Positions 23,539 through 33,681 are shown, counted from the stretch's first letter. The stretch: 37,749 nucleotides of DNA from Spirochaetaceae bacterium (GCA_003552665.1 PUNW01000218.1:1-37749), one strand, 5' to 3'. The notes: generated by a model not told the origin, from the letters alone. Numbers and translations are program-made.

Positions 23539-24376
23539 TCGCGTCCAGATACTGGCGCCCACCAATCTCAGTGAGCTGCTGCAAACACTGAAAATGCATC
23601 CCGATGCCGAACTGTACGCCGGGGGCACCCATATCCTCACAACGCGCGGCACCGCATATCTGCGACTCCCGGAGAAGGTGGTTACGCTTCACAAGGTCGA
23701 GGAGCTGAACCGCGTGACCCGAACCGAGAAGTACATCGAGTTCGGCGCCGGGGTAACCCTCAGGAGGATTGTGGAGCTCGGGCCGAAAGCATTCCCCGAA
23801 GCGTTGTACAGCGCGATCCGCAGTCTCGGGCCGCCGGGAATCGAGAACCTTGCAACCATCGGAGGGAACGTTTGCGTTTCGGGCCGGCTGATGACCCTGG
23901 TGCCGATCCTCTATCTGCTCGAGTGCCGTCTCGAGCTTCGCAGCGCCTCCGGCACCCGGTGGGTTCGCATCGGACAGTTTCACGACGCCGAGGGCAACAC
24001 GCGGTTGCAGCCTGGCGAGGTGCTGACCCGGTTACGGATCAGCCCCGGCAATTGGAACAGACAAGCCTTCAAGAGTTTTGGTACCATATACCTGCCGGAG
24101 ACGAATCCGCTCGTGTTCTGTGGTCTGGCGCACCTGGATAACAGTGTCTTAGCCGACTTCCGCTTCGCGATCACGACCCACCGTCCGCGCATCGTACGCG
24201 ACCGCGCGCTGGAAGCCGAGCTCGTGGGCCGCAAGGTCCCGCTTGCCAAACGCGACCACGAAGTGATAGAAGCCGGCATCGCCGGAGTCATGCAGGAGCA
24301 GCAGATTCCGCGCGGATCGATACAGCATCGCCGGGCAATCAGACTGAGCGAGTGGTTCGCCCAGGAGCTACGCTAA
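23522..24376 (+). CDS. FAD-binding (CO dehydrogenase flavoprotein-like) medium subunit of the XDH-family enzyme
   Basis: 17-nt overlap with the small subunit gene. FAD_binding_5-like N-terminus (ILAPTNLSELLQTLKMHPDAELYAGGTHILT) and IGGNV. Confidence 0.82.
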   Translation: MSATSDRVQILAPTNLSELLQTLKMHPDAELYAGGTHILTTRGTAYLRLPEKVVTLHKVEELNRVTRTEKYIEFGAGVTLRRIVELGPKAFPEALYSAIRSLGPPGIENLATIGGNVCVSGRLMTLVPILYLLECRLELRSASGTRWVRIGQFHDAEGNTRLQPGEVLTRLRISPGNWNRQAFKSFGTIYLPETNPLVFCGLAHLDNSVLADFRFAITTHRPRIVRDRALEAELVGRKVPLAKRDHEVIEAGIAGVMQEQQIPRGSIQHRRAIRLSEWFAQELR

Positions 24377-24392
24377 CACAGGGAGGCACGCA

Positions 24393-27300
24393 GTGGCGCA
24401 GTTCGCCCATTTGCATGTTCATTCGGACTACAGCTTACTCCGCAGCACCGCTTCCATCCCCTCGCTCGTGAACCGCGCGGTCGAGCTCGGCTTCTCGCAC
24501 CTGGCGCTGACCGATGACGGCAACATGTTCGGCGCGCTGGAGTTCTATAAGGCCTGTCACAACGCCGGCATCACTCCCATCATCGGGTGCGACTTCTATC
24601 TTGTTGAGAACGCGGATCCCGAGGTGGGCGCCACCGAGACCGGCAAGCGCTTCTTCCGGCTGGTGTTGCTGGCCAGAGACGCCGAGGGGTACAAGACTCT
24701 GATGCGCCTGTCGTCGCGGGCCTATACGGAAGGGTTCTATTACCGGCCGCGTATAGACTGGGCGATGCTCGAAGCCGACCACAGCGGTGTGATCGGCCTG
24801 AGCGGCTCGCTGTCGGGTGAGATCCCGAGCCTGCTGCTGCGTAACCGTCGCACCGAAGCCGCGCGCCGGGCCGCCTGGTATCGCGATCTCCTCGGAACGG
24901 ACGGGTTTTACCTCGAGCTGCAGAACCAGGGCATACCCGAGCAGGCCGGCCTGAATCCTCAGTTAGTTGAGCTCAGCGAAGAGCTGGGTATCCCGCTGGT
25001 GGCCACCAACGAGTGCTATTACGTTCACAAAGAGGACGCCAACGCGCAGGACATTCTGATGTGCATCGGCTCAGGCCGCAAGAAGCAGGAGACCAACCGG
25101 TTCCGTTTTTCGTCGGATGAGTTCTATCTCAAATCCGAAGCGGAGATGCAGCAACTGTTTGCCGATCACCCCGAGGCGCTCGCAAACAGTCTCCGGATTG
25201 CAGAGCGATGCAACCTCGAGATCGAGCTACCGGGCCCGATCTTCCCCGATTACCACATCCCCGAGGGCTTCGAGAGCGACGACGCCTATCTACGCCACCT
25301 TACCTACGAAGGGCTCCACAAAAGCTACGACACGCTCACCGAAGCGATCAGAAACCGTGCCGACTACGAGCTCGACACCATCATCGGCATGGGCTTCACC
25401 GGCTACTTTCTGATTGTCTGGGACTTCATCGCGTTTGCCCGCGGGCATGATATTCCCGTGGGGCCCGGCCGTGGCTCCGGCGCCGGATCGATCGTCGCCT
25501 ACGGTTTACAGATCACCGATATCGATCCGCTCAAGTACGGGCTCCTGTTCGAGCGTTTTCTCAACCCCGACCGCGTATCGATGCCCGACTTCGACATCGA
25601 TTTCTGCTATGAGCGCCGCGGCGAGGTCATCCGCTACGTCACCGAGAAGTACGGAGCCGACAAAGTCGGGCAAATCATCACGTTCGGCACGCTCAAAGCG
25701 CGCGCCGTAATCCGGGACGTAGCGCGAGCGCTGGACCTGCCGTTTTCCGAGTCCGACATGATTGCCAAGCTGGTGCCGGCGCGTTTGGACATCACGCTCG
25801 CCAAAGCGCTGGAGGAGGAACCGCGGCTGCGCGAGATCCGCGATCAGGGCGGCGTACACCGCGAGCTGCTCGAGGTGGCATTGAAACTCGAAGGGCTGCA
25901 TCGCCATCCTTCAACCCACGCAGCAGGCATCGTGATCGGTCAGAAGTCGCTGACCGAGTATGTCCCCCTGTACCGCGACCCGAAAACCAAATCGATCTCG
26001 ACACAGTACACCATGGACCAGCTCGAGGACTGTGGACTGGTGAAGATGGATTTTCTCGGACTCAAGACACTGACGCTGATCCGTAACACCGAAAACCTGA
26101 TACGCCGGCGCGGAATCGAGTTTGACATCGAAACGATCCCCGAGCAGGACGCGGCAACATTCAGCATGCTCGGGGACGGCAAGAGCGCCTGCGTGTTCCA
26201 GTTCGAGAGCGCGGGAATGCAGAAGGTTCTGATACGGGCGAAACCGGAACGCATCGAAGACCTGATCGCCTTGAATGCACTCTATCGGCCGGGACCGATG
26301 GAGAATATCGATCAGTTCGTCGACTCAAAGAACGGGAGAACCCCGATCTCGTATCCGCTTCCCGAGCTCGAGGAAGTGCTCAAGGAGACCTACGGCGTCA
26401 TCGTGTATCAGGAGCAGGTGATAGAGATCGTCCGGATAGTGGGCGGCTTCTCATTAGGCCAGGCCGATATCCTGCGGCGTGCGATGGGCAAGAAGAAAGT
26501 CAAGGAAATGGACCGCATGAAGAAGGATTTCCTTGACGGGGCACGGGCGCGCGGCTTCAGCGAGCGCCAGGCCGAAGCGATCTTCGAGTTGCTCCAGCCG
26601 TTTGCCGGCTATGGGTTCAACAAGTCCCACGCCGCTGCGTACTCGGTACTGGCCTACAAAACAGCGTACCTGAAGGCCAACTATCCGGTCGAGTTCATGG
26701 CGGCCAACCTCTCAAACGAGATCTCCTCACCGGACAAGTTTGCTTATTACATCGAGGAAACGCGCGGGATGGGCATCGAGATTGACCCACCCGATGTCAA
26801 TCGCAGCGGCCGTTACTTCACGGTCGAGAACGGACGCATCGTCTATGGGCTTCTGGGGGTCAAAAACCTCGGCAGTGCTGCAGTGGAAGAGATCATTCGT
26901 GAACGCGAGCAGAACGGCGCGTACGGATCGTTCATCGAGGTCCTCGAGCGCGTTAACCTCACCGCTATGAATCGCAAGATGGTTGAGGTCTGCATTCAAG
27001 CCGGGGTGTTCGACTCACTCGGGCTGAATCGTGCCACCCTGCTTCACAACCTCGGAACGGCGATTGAGTTCGCAGCGGCGACGCGCGAAAACCGCAGGCT
27101 CGGACAGGCATCGCTGTTCGACGAACGGGACGGCGAGCATTTTGCCGGTCCACAGCTCGAGCACTGCGAGGAATACCCGCTGTCGGATCGACTGCAGTGG
27201 GAGCGTGAGCATCTGGGAATGTACTTGTCAGGCCACCCTCTCGACGACTACCGTGGACGGTGGAAGGAGACCACTACGCTCAATCTCAGCCGTCCCGGCG

Positions 27301-27809
27301 GACCAAGCGGTGAGCGGGTCCATGCGGTGCTCGGGATGGTGAAATCGAGTATGGTGATTCACACAAAGAACGGACGTCCGATGATGTTCATGGTGCTCGA
27401 GGACTTCAACGGCAGCATCGAGTGTGTTTTGTTCGAGGACGCCTGCGAGCAACACCGTGACCGGCTCTACGCCGGGGCAATCGTAGGAGTGCTCGGCAAG
27501 CTGGAGCTTCGCAACGACAAACTGCAACTGGTAGTAACTGAGATTCGGGAGCCTGAGGAAATGGACGAACGCGATACCGGAGAAGTACACATTCGCATCA
27601 CTGACGAGGTCGAAGAAGAGGAAGATCTGTATCAGCTGCGCGCCTTTTTGTTCGAGCACACCGGCAACTGCCCGGTGTTCCTGCACATCCGCTGCGGCGC
27701 AGGCGAGACGGTCGTCCGTGCGTCCTCGCAGCTTACGATCTCGGGAAAATCGAGTATACTAGAGGATATCCGCGGATATCCGCGGGTTTTGGATGTGTGG
27801 AAGCAATGA
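24393..27809 (+). CDS. dnaE: DNA polymerase III subunit alpha
   Basis: 1138 aa. GTG start with GGGAGG at 24381-24386. PHP domain FAHLHVHSDYSLL, polymerase core (MPDFDIDF, HAAG) and an OB-fold region are visible. Confidence 0.95.
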   Translation: MAQFAHLHVHSDYSLLRSTASIPSLVNRAVELGFSHLALTDDGNMFGALEFYKACHNAGITPIIGCDFYLVENADPEVGATETGKRFFRLVLLARDAEGYKTLMRLSSRAYTEGFYYRPRIDWAMLEADHSGVIGLSGSLSGEIPSLLLRNRRTEAARRAAWYRDLLGTDGFYLELQNQGIPEQAGLNPQLVELSEELGIPLVATNECYYVHKEDANAQDILMCIGSGRKKQETNRFRFSSDEFYLKSEAEMQQLFADHPEALANSLRIAERCNLEIELPGPIFPDYHIPEGFESDDAYLRHLTYEGLHKSYDTLTEAIRNRADYELDTIIGMGFTGYFLIVWDFIAFARGHDIPVGPGRGSGAGSIVAYGLQITDIDPLKYGLLFERFLNPDRVSMPDFDIDFCYERRGEVIRYVTEKYGADKVGQIITFGTLKARAVIRDVARALDLPFSESDMIAKLVPARLDITLAKALEEEPRLREIRDQGGVHRELLEVALKLEGLHRHPSTHAAGIVIGQKSLTEYVPLYRDPKTKSISTQYTMDQLEDCGLVKMDFLGLKTLTLIRNTENLIRRRGIEFDIETIPEQDAATFSMLGDGKSACVFQFESAGMQKVLIRAKPERIEDLIALNALYRPGPMENIDQFVDSKNGRTPISYPLPELEEVLKETYGVIVYQEQVIEIVRIVGGFSLGQADILRRAMGKKKVKEMDRMKKDFLDGARARGFSERQAEAIFELLQPFAGYGFNKSHAAAYSVLAYKTAYLKANYPVEFMAANLSNEISSPDKFAYYIEETRGMGIEIDPPDVNRSGRYFTVENGRIVYGLLGVKNLGSAAVEEIIREREQNGAYGSFIEVLERVNLTAMNRKMVEVCIQAGVFDSLGLNRATLLHNLGTAIEFAAATRENRRLGQASLFDERDGEHFAGPQLEHCEEYPLSDRLQWEREHLGMYLSGHPLDDYRGRWKETTTLNLSRPGGPSGERVHAVLGMVKSSMVIHTKNGRPMMFMVLEDFNGSIECVLFEDACEQHRDRLYAGAIVGVLGKLELRNDKLQLVVTEIREPEEMDERDTGEVHIRITDEVEEEEDLYQLRAFLFEHTGNCPVFLHIRCGAGETVVRASSQLTISGKSSILEDIRGYPRVLDVWKQ

Positions 27810-27861
27810 ACTGCCGTACAGGGAAACAACACGGACAACGATACTTCGGTGGAGGTAATTT

Positions 27862-28452
27862 ATGATTCAAACGGTATTACGGGGAGTGAGCACCGTAATT
27901 TCGCTCTACATGCTGCTCATATTCTTCCGGATCATCCTGACCTGGTTCGGACAAGCGCCGGCCGGCCGGTTGATCCACTACATTTCGAGTTTGACCGACC
28001 CTTACCTCAATCTGTTCCGCGGGCTCGGTGCCTTTCGCAACGTTCAGGTGGATTTCTCCCCGATCCTGGCGCTGATCACGCTTTCGATTCTCAACAACAT
28101 CATTACGCGCATAGCGTTTGCAGCCCAGATCACGCTCGGCATCGTACTGGCTGAGATTGTCGGCGCACTCTGGTCGGCGGCGTCGTTTATCCTGTTTCTC
28201 TTCCTGGTTTTCGGCGTGATCAGGCTGATCGGTTTCATGCTCAATGTGAACACCGCCGGCCGATTCTGGATTACGCTGGACCGCATACTGCAGCCAATTG
28301 CCCATTGGTTGGTTCGCAAGGTTGCGCGCGGCCGGGTCGTTAACTACCAAAACGCACTGCTGCTGTACGCCGCGATGGTAGTTCTGGTGTTGCTGGTCGG
28401 CAGCTTCGTCGTCGGGTCGCTGGTTTCGTTGCTCGCGCAGCTACCGGTGTGA
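27862..28452 (+). CDS. YggT family membrane protein
   Basis: GGAGGT at 27851-27856. It has two YggT-like repeats with hydrophobic helices (ISLYMLLIFFRIILTWF ... FLVFGVIRLIGFML). Confidence 0.8.
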   Translation: MIQTVLRGVSTVISLYMLLIFFRIILTWFGQAPAGRLIHYISSLTDPYLNLFRGLGAFRNVQVDFSPILALITLSILNNIITRIAFAAQITLGIVLAEIVGALWSAASFILFLFLVFGVIRLIGFMLNVNTAGRFWITLDRILQPIAHWLVRKVARGRVVNYQNALLLYAAMVVLVLLVGSFVVGSLVSLLAQLPV

Positions 28453-28532
28453 TCCGTAGTCTTGCCGTAACGTTATTACCGGCGCTACCGCGATAGCACA
28501 CGGCCGTCTTCGTCGCAGGTACAGGTACAGGC

Positions 28533-30602
28533 GTGTATCTTCACGAGTTGACTGCGAGCGTCCGCAAGCTCGACGGCATTGGGCCTCGCAGGCTGAAGGC
28601 GTTTTCCGAGCGCGGAGTGCTCACGATCGCTGATCTGCTGCTCTATCTTCCGCGCCGCTATGAGGACCGGAGCACGCCGCGCGCGCTGGCCGACGCAGCC
28701 ACGGAGCCGGCAAATACCATCGCGCAGATCATACGGCACGAGTATTTCGGCAGCGGCAGAAATCGTACGCTCAAGCTGATAATCTCGGACGGTACGCAGC
28801 GCGCGGCGCTAGTGTGTTTCAACCGTTCCTTCCTGGCAGACGCATACCCACCCGGCACCGTGGTCCGCCTTTCGGCAGTGTTCGAGTACCGCTATCGCGA
28901 GCTGCAGACGGCGTCGTTCGAGATGGAGCGCGCTCCGGATGAGCCACTCGGCCCCCCATACGAGCCGCAATCCCCGGAGACTGAGGCCTTCTTCCGCATT
29001 CTCCCGGTCTACCCCCTTACCGCGGGCCTCTCACAGCAGCACGTGCGCAGCGCGCTAGACCAGGCGCTCAAGCGCTGGGGAACGCGAATCAAAGACCCCG
29101 GTCCGGCGGAACTGTGCCGCAAGCTGCAGTTGCCGCCGTTGGCGGACGCGCTGCACGCGGTCCACCACCCGCCCAGCTTCAGCGACGCGGAACGGGGCCG
29201 GCGACGCTTTGCTCTGCACGAACTGCTCGGATTACAGGTGGCGCAGCGACGGCTCGTCGACCGGTTACACGGTGAGCACCGTACCCCGGTTGCTCCGCCG
29301 CGGGGTCTGCTCGCGGTGGTACAACAGCGGCTCCCGTTTAGCCTCAGCGAAGAACAGCAGCGGGTCCTCGATGAGATCATCGCAGACCTCGGGTCGGCGC
29401 GCCCGATGGCCCGGCTGCTCCACGGTGAAGTCGGCTCAGGCAAAACGGTGGTGTCACTGCTGTCGATGGTACCTCGTCTCGAGCAAGGACAGCAGGCCGC
29501 TGTGCTCGTGCCCACCGAGCTTCTGGCGCGCCAACAGCACGCCACCCTGCGACGGCACCTGGAACCGCACGGCATCACGGTCGAGCTCGCGGTAGGGAAC
29601 CTCGCGCCGGCGGAGCGCAAAGCGCTGTACTCCCGTATCGCCGACGGCACTGCGCAGTGCATTGTCGGGACACACGCACTAATCTCGCCCCAGGTCACCT
29701 TCAGTTCGCTTTCCTACGTCGTGATCGACGAACAGCACCGCTTCGGTGTGGCGCAGCGTGCCGCGCTGCGCGACAAGGGCGTTGCGCCCGACCTGCTTCT
29801 CATGACTGCAACTCCGATTCCGAGAACACTCGCGCTCACGCTCTACAACGGGCTTCAGATCTCGCAGCTGCGCCATCGCCCGCCGGGGCGCGCAACCGTC
29901 ACTACCCACCTCGCTCGCTGCTCACGCAGAGCGGAAGTCTACACCAATGTAGCAGCCCGCCTGAGACACGGCGGACAGGCGTTTGTCGTGTGCCCGCGGA
30001 TTGACCCCGATGGGAACGCCGAACAGGCCTCGGCCGAGAGCACCGCCGCGGAGCTCGCCGGCAGCTTTCTTTCCGGGTTTTCGATCGGCCTGATCCACGG
30101 TCGTCTCCCGGAGGAACGCAAGCGTGAAACGATGCAGGCGTTCAGCGAAGGTCGTATGCAAGTGCTCGTCTCTACCACGGTGCTTGAGGTCGGCGTTGAC
30201 GTGGAAAACGCCGTCGCGATAGTGGTCGAGCACGCCGAGTTGTTCGGTCTCTCGGCCCTGCACCAGCTGCGTGGACGCGTTGGTCGCGGGTTGAAGCCCG
30301 GGGTGGCATTCCTGGTGTACGACGAGAACCTGACCGAGGAGGCGAAACAGCGCCTGCGCGTGCTGCACCGCGAACACGACGGTTTCAGGATTGCCGAGCA
30401 CGACCTCAAGATACGCGGACCGGGAGAACTGGGCGGGGTTCGGCAGGCGGGTATTCTGCGACTGCGGTTTACGGTACTGGAGCGCGACCTCGATCTGTTG
30501 GAGGCCGGCTCCCCTGCCGTGGAGCAGGTAAGGGCCGGGTCACCGCTCGACCAAAGCCTCGTGCCGTTTCTGCCGTTTGACCAGGAAGACGCATGCGTAT
30601 AA
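28533..30602 (+). CDS. recG: ATP-dependent DNA helicase RecG
   Basis: 689 aa with a GTG start. The wedge-domain N-terminus reads LDGIGPRRLKAFSERGVLTIADLLLYLPRRYEDR. Helicase motifs are GEVGSGKT, DEQHRFG, TATPIPRT and the TRG-like RGRVGRG. Confidence 0.92.
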   Translation: MYLHELTASVRKLDGIGPRRLKAFSERGVLTIADLLLYLPRRYEDRSTPRALADAATEPANTIAQIIRHEYFGSGRNRTLKLIISDGTQRAALVCFNRSFLADAYPPGTVVRLSAVFEYRYRELQTASFEMERAPDEPLGPPYEPQSPETEAFFRILPVYPLTAGLSQQHVRSALDQALKRWGTRIKDPGPAELCRKLQLPPLADALHAVHHPPSFSDAERGRRRFALHELLGLQVAQRRLVDRLHGEHRTPVAPPRGLLAVVQQRLPFSLSEEQQRVLDEIIADLGSARPMARLLHGEVGSGKTVVSLLSMVPRLEQGQQAAVLVPTELLARQQHATLRRHLEPHGITVELAVGNLAPAERKALYSRIADGTAQCIVGTHALISPQVTFSSLSYVVIDEQHRFGVAQRAALRDKGVAPDLLLMTATPIPRTLALTLYNGLQISQLRHRPPGRATVTTHLARCSRRAEVYTNVAARLRHGGQAFVVCPRIDPDGNAEQASAESTAAELAGSFLSGFSIGLIHGRLPEERKRETMQAFSEGRMQVLVSTTVLEVGVDVENAVAIVVEHAELFGLSALHQLRGRVGRGLKPGVAFLVYDENLTEEAKQRLRVLHREHDGFRIAEHDLKIRGPGELGGVRQAGILRLRFTVLERDLDLLEAGSPAVEQVRAGSPLDQSLVPFLPFDQEDACV

Positions 30603-31123
30603 CCGGAGGCTATCTGCGCGGCCGTTCCGTACAGTGCCCACCGGGCGAGATTCGCCCGGCGATGGATCGCATGCGCGAATCGCTGTTTGCCATTCTAGGC
30701 GATATTACCGGCACGACCTTTCTCGACCTTTTCGCTGGGTCGGGTATTGTGGCACTCGAAGCGTGCTCGCGCGGCGCGCGGTCGGTAACCGCGGTGGAGC
30801 GTGACGCTGCCAAACGCAGGATTCTGCAGGCGAATCTGGAGCTGTGCGAAGCCGAACTGCAGATCGTGATCGCCCCGGTCGAGCGCTTTTTGCTCCGCAA
30901 CCGCCGAACCTTCGAGTATATCTTCTGCGACCCGCCGTTCCGCTATCAGTACAAGCTGGACCTGCTGGAGAAGATTGGCCGTTCGCGCGCCTGCGGCGAA
31001 GACACCACTGTGCTTTTGCACCATCCGCGCCCAGAAACACTCCCCTCTCGCGCCGGTGCGCTCATCCGGGTACGGGAACAGGCCTACGGCGGCTCCTTGG
31101 TCTCGTTCTACCGGCCGGCTTGA
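30593..31123 (+). CDS. rsmD: 16S rRNA (guanine966-N2)-methyltransferase
   Basis: 10-nt overlap with recG. The motifs are MRITGGYLRGR, RPAMDRMRESLF, LDLFAGSG and DPPF. Confidence 0.85.
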   Translation: MRITGGYLRGRSVQCPPGEIRPAMDRMRESLFAILGDITGTTFLDLFAGSGIVALEACSRGARSVTAVERDAAKRRILQANLELCEAELQIVIAPVERFLLRNRRTFEYIFCDPPFRYQYKLDLLEKIGRSRACGEDTTVLLHHPRPETLPSRAGALIRVREQAYGGSLVSFYRPA

Positions 31124-31212
31124 CCGGTTCCAACATCAGGGGCAATCTGCTATAGTTGTGCCGGAGCCGACCCCCTCGGCGCCGTGGAATCCTACGCACG
31201 GAGACTGGTACG

Positions 31213-32322
31213 GTGACTAACCCGAAACGAGCGCTACTGCAACTACCCCAGGGCGCTGAAAGCTTCTATCTTGAGGACGCTTTTCGGCACCGCCGTCTCA
31301 TCGAGCGGATCGAGCAGGTAGTCGACAAATGGGGATATCTGCCGGTCCAGACCCCGGTCTTCGATTTCTTCGGCGTGTACGAGGATCTCATCCCCAGCCG
31401 GGAAGCCCGTAGTATCTATCGCCTGATCGATCGCGAAGGCGATGTGCTGATGTTGCGTTATGACAACACGCTGTTTCTGGCCAAGCAGATGGGTCTCATG
31501 CTAAGCGACGATGACTTGCCGGTGCGGGTGTGGTACGGCGACACGATTTTGAGGCATCAGGAGGCGGAAGACATCTCTAATGACGAGTTCTTCCAGACCG
31601 GCGTGGAACTGATCGGCAAGCGTGGCCGTGATGCGGACCTCGAAGTGCTGGTGCTCCTCGACCGGGTGTTCAGTGCCCTCGGCGCACCGAGCCGGGTCGT
31701 CCACCTGGGCTCGCGCGCCCTGCTGCAGACAATCGTGCCCGGTGAGGCTCCTGAGGCCGCTCGCGCCTTCCGGCGTGCAATCGCGCTGCGCCGGCATGAT
31801 GATGTCCGTGCGTTGTGCCGCGAAAACGGCTGTCCGCCCGAACGTTCGCGCTTTCTCGCCGAGCTGTTCGCCTTCATCGGGACCCGAGATGAGCTCGAAC
31901 AGCTCATTCGTCGCGCTGATCGCTCACGTCTCCTGACCACCGTGGAAACCGGCGAGCTGCGTTACATCGAGCTGCTCAGCAAGGAGTATGAAGAGCTCGA
32001 TCTGAACGCCGAGCTGCGCATCGACCTTTCGGAAGTCGGCTCACAACCATATCACACCGGAATCGTATTCAACGTCTACATGGAAGGCATCGGGGCGGCA
32101 ATCGCTTCCGGTGGGCGTTACGATAATCTGATAAGCCATTTCGGCATCGATGCACCGGCTGTCGGCTTCTCGATCCTTCTGCGCAAGGTGCAGGAACACC
32201 TTACCACCGACATCAGCGCGCACGACGCACGCCGCCCGGTTCGGGCCGAAGGCGAATCGTTTCGCGAGCGGCTCGAAGATGCCGAACGCATCCGCGCGCG
32301 GGGCGAGGTAGCGCTGCTATGA
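31213..32322 (+). CDS. hisZ: ATP phosphoribosyltransferase regulatory subunit
   Basis: I prefer GTG 31213, with GGAGA 8 nt upstream; the ORF opens at TTG 31156. It has a HisRS-like catalytic-core paralog pattern (LPQGAESFYLEDA, YLPVQTPVFDFF, GGRYDNL) with no anticodon-binding domain. It is coupled to a short-form hisG. Confidence 0.8.
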   Translation: MTNPKRALLQLPQGAESFYLEDAFRHRRLIERIEQVVDKWGYLPVQTPVFDFFGVYEDLIPSREARSIYRLIDREGDVLMLRYDNTLFLAKQMGLMLSDDDLPVRVWYGDTILRHQEAEDISNDEFFQTGVELIGKRGRDADLEVLVLLDRVFSALGAPSRVVHLGSRALLQTIVPGEAPEAARAFRRAIALRRHDDVRALCRENGCPPERSRFLAELFAFIGTRDELEQLIRRADRSRLLTTVETGELRYIELLSKEYEELDLNAELRIDLSEVGSQPYHTGIVFNVYMEGIGAAIASGGRYDNLISHFGIDAPAVGFSILLRKVQEHLTTDISAHDARRPVRAEGESFRERLEDAERIRARGEVALL

Positions 32323-32957
32323 GCGACCTCTCATCGGCCCCGCTGACGCTCGCGCTGCCCAAAGGGCGCCTGATGCAACAGGTGCTCGAGCACCTGCGGC
32401 GCTGCGGCTTTCAATTTCAGATCTCACAACGCAATCTCACGGCTACCGACGAAGAAGGCCGTCTGAAGCTCATACTGGTGAAGAACAACGACCTGCCGGT
32501 GTACGTCGCCCACGGCATTGCCGGGCTGGGTGTCTGTGGAACGGATCTGGTCTATGAGTCCGGCGCCGAGTTTTTCGAGCTGCACACCTTCGGCTTCGGT
32601 CGCACGCGCATGTGTCTGGCATCCCGCGCCGATCATGATCCGGCCGGCGATCACACGCAGCTCACGATCGCCACCAAGTTCAGCCGTTTCACGCACGATT
32701 TCTTTCACGCCCGCGGCATCCCGGTGCAGGTAATACGCCTGAACGGCTCGGTCGAGCTCGCTCCGGTGCTCGGGCTCGCACCGTACATCGTCGATCTCGT
32801 GGAGACAGGCTCAACCCTGAGAGCCAATAACCTGAAGGTCACGCAGGAACTCGCTGAGATCGAGGTCAAGCTGGTGTGCAATCCGGCGTATTACAAGCTG
32901 CAGTTCCGTCGCATTGCGGAGCTCGTGGAGACGATCAAAGGAGTGAGCGAAACATGA
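32319..32957 (+). CDS. hisG: ATP phosphoribosyltransferase, short form
   Basis: ATGA overlap with hisZ. The motifs LTLALPKGRL, DLPVYVAHGIAGLGVCGTD and DLVETGSTLRAN are typical of HisG. The 212-aa length fits the short form that needs HisZ. Confidence 0.9.
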   Translation: MSDLSSAPLTLALPKGRLMQQVLEHLRRCGFQFQISQRNLTATDEEGRLKLILVKNNDLPVYVAHGIAGLGVCGTDLVYESGAEFFELHTFGFGRTRMCLASRADHDPAGDHTQLTIATKFSRFTHDFFHARGIPVQVIRLNGSVELAPVLGLAPYIVDLVETGSTLRANNLKVTQELAEIEVKLVCNPAYYKLQFRRIAELVETIKGVSET

Positions 32958-33535
32958 GTGAACGTGAGGTAACGGTTGAACGGAAGACCAAGGAGACCGA
33001 GATCACCCTGCGGCTCGCCCCGGAGCGCGCCGAACCGATCTCGATCGCGTCCGGTCTGCCGTTTTTCGATCACATGTTGAACGCCATGGCGTTTCACGGC
33101 GGGTTCTCGTTCGAGCTGGCCGCCGGCGGTGATATCGAGGTTGACCCGCACCATCTGGTGGAGGACGTTGGTATCGTGTTCGGGCAGGGCCTCGCCCGCG
33201 TGGTAGAGCAGTACGGTCCGGTAACACGCTACGGTCACTCGGTGATCCCGATGGACGACGCGCTTGCCGAGGTTACGATTGACGCCGGGAATCGGCCGTA
33301 TCTGGTCTACGCAGCCGAGTATCCGCAGGCATACTGTGGTACGTTCGCAGTAGAGCTGTTGCGGGAGTTTTTCCACGGGCTTGCCACCAACGCGGCCATG
33401 AACCTGCACTTGCAGGTGCGCTACGGAGAAAACACCCACCACATGTGCGAGGCGTTGATGAAAGCGCTCGGGCGCGCCGTGTGGCAGGCGTATCGGCCCC
33501 ACGAGGCAATTCGCTCCACCAAAGGGATGCTCTGA
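32954..33535 (+). CDS. hisB: Imidazoleglycerol-phosphate dehydratase
   Basis: ATG 32954 makes an ATGA overlap with the hisG stop. The motifs are ERKTKETEITL, FFDHML, DPHHLVEDVGI and NTHHMCEALMKALGRA. Confidence 0.92.
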   Translation: MSEREVTVERKTKETEITLRLAPERAEPISIASGLPFFDHMLNAMAFHGGFSFELAAGGDIEVDPHHLVEDVGIVFGQGLARVVEQYGPVTRYGHSVIPMDDALAEVTIDAGNRPYLVYAAEYPQAYCGTFAVELLREFFHGLATNAAMNLHLQVRYGENTHHMCEALMKALGRAVWQAYRPHEAIRSTKGML

Positions 33536-33553
33536 CAGCCGTGCGACAGGGGG

Positions 33554-33574
33554 ATCGGCGCGCACCGCGCCGAT
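33554..33574 (+). terminator. GC-rich hairpin downstream of hisB (possible terminator or RNA-stabilising stem-loop)
   Basis: A perfect 9-bp stem, atcggcgcg (33554-33562) with cgcgccgat (33566-33574), and loop cac. It lies 19 nt after the hisB stop. No U-tract follows, so intrinsic termination is uncertain. Confidence 0.35.
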
Positions 33575-33621
33575 AAGCAAGCCGTGAACGGTATGATTTT
33601 GCCTGTAGGCGGCTTCGTAGT

Positions 33622-33651
33622 TTGATTTTTTGCCGCTGAGCGGCATATACT
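33622..33651 (+). promoter_or_regulatory. Candidate sigma70-type promoter for the 33682 gene/TPR pair
   Basis: TTGATT (33622-33627), an 18-nt spacer, then TATACT (33646-33651). It lies about 30 nt before ATG 33682. Confidence 0.4.
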
Positions 33652-33681
33652 GGATGGCGATAACAAAAGGCTCGGCGGTCC

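Noticed and set aside
33621-33645. A T-tract plus GCCGC-tga-GCGGC hairpin, considered as an intrinsic terminator.
   Set aside because: The T-run precedes the hairpin on the plus strand and becomes an A-run after it on the minus strand. Neither orientation fits a terminator. The segment is better explained as the spacer of the TTGATT-18-TATACT promoter candidate.
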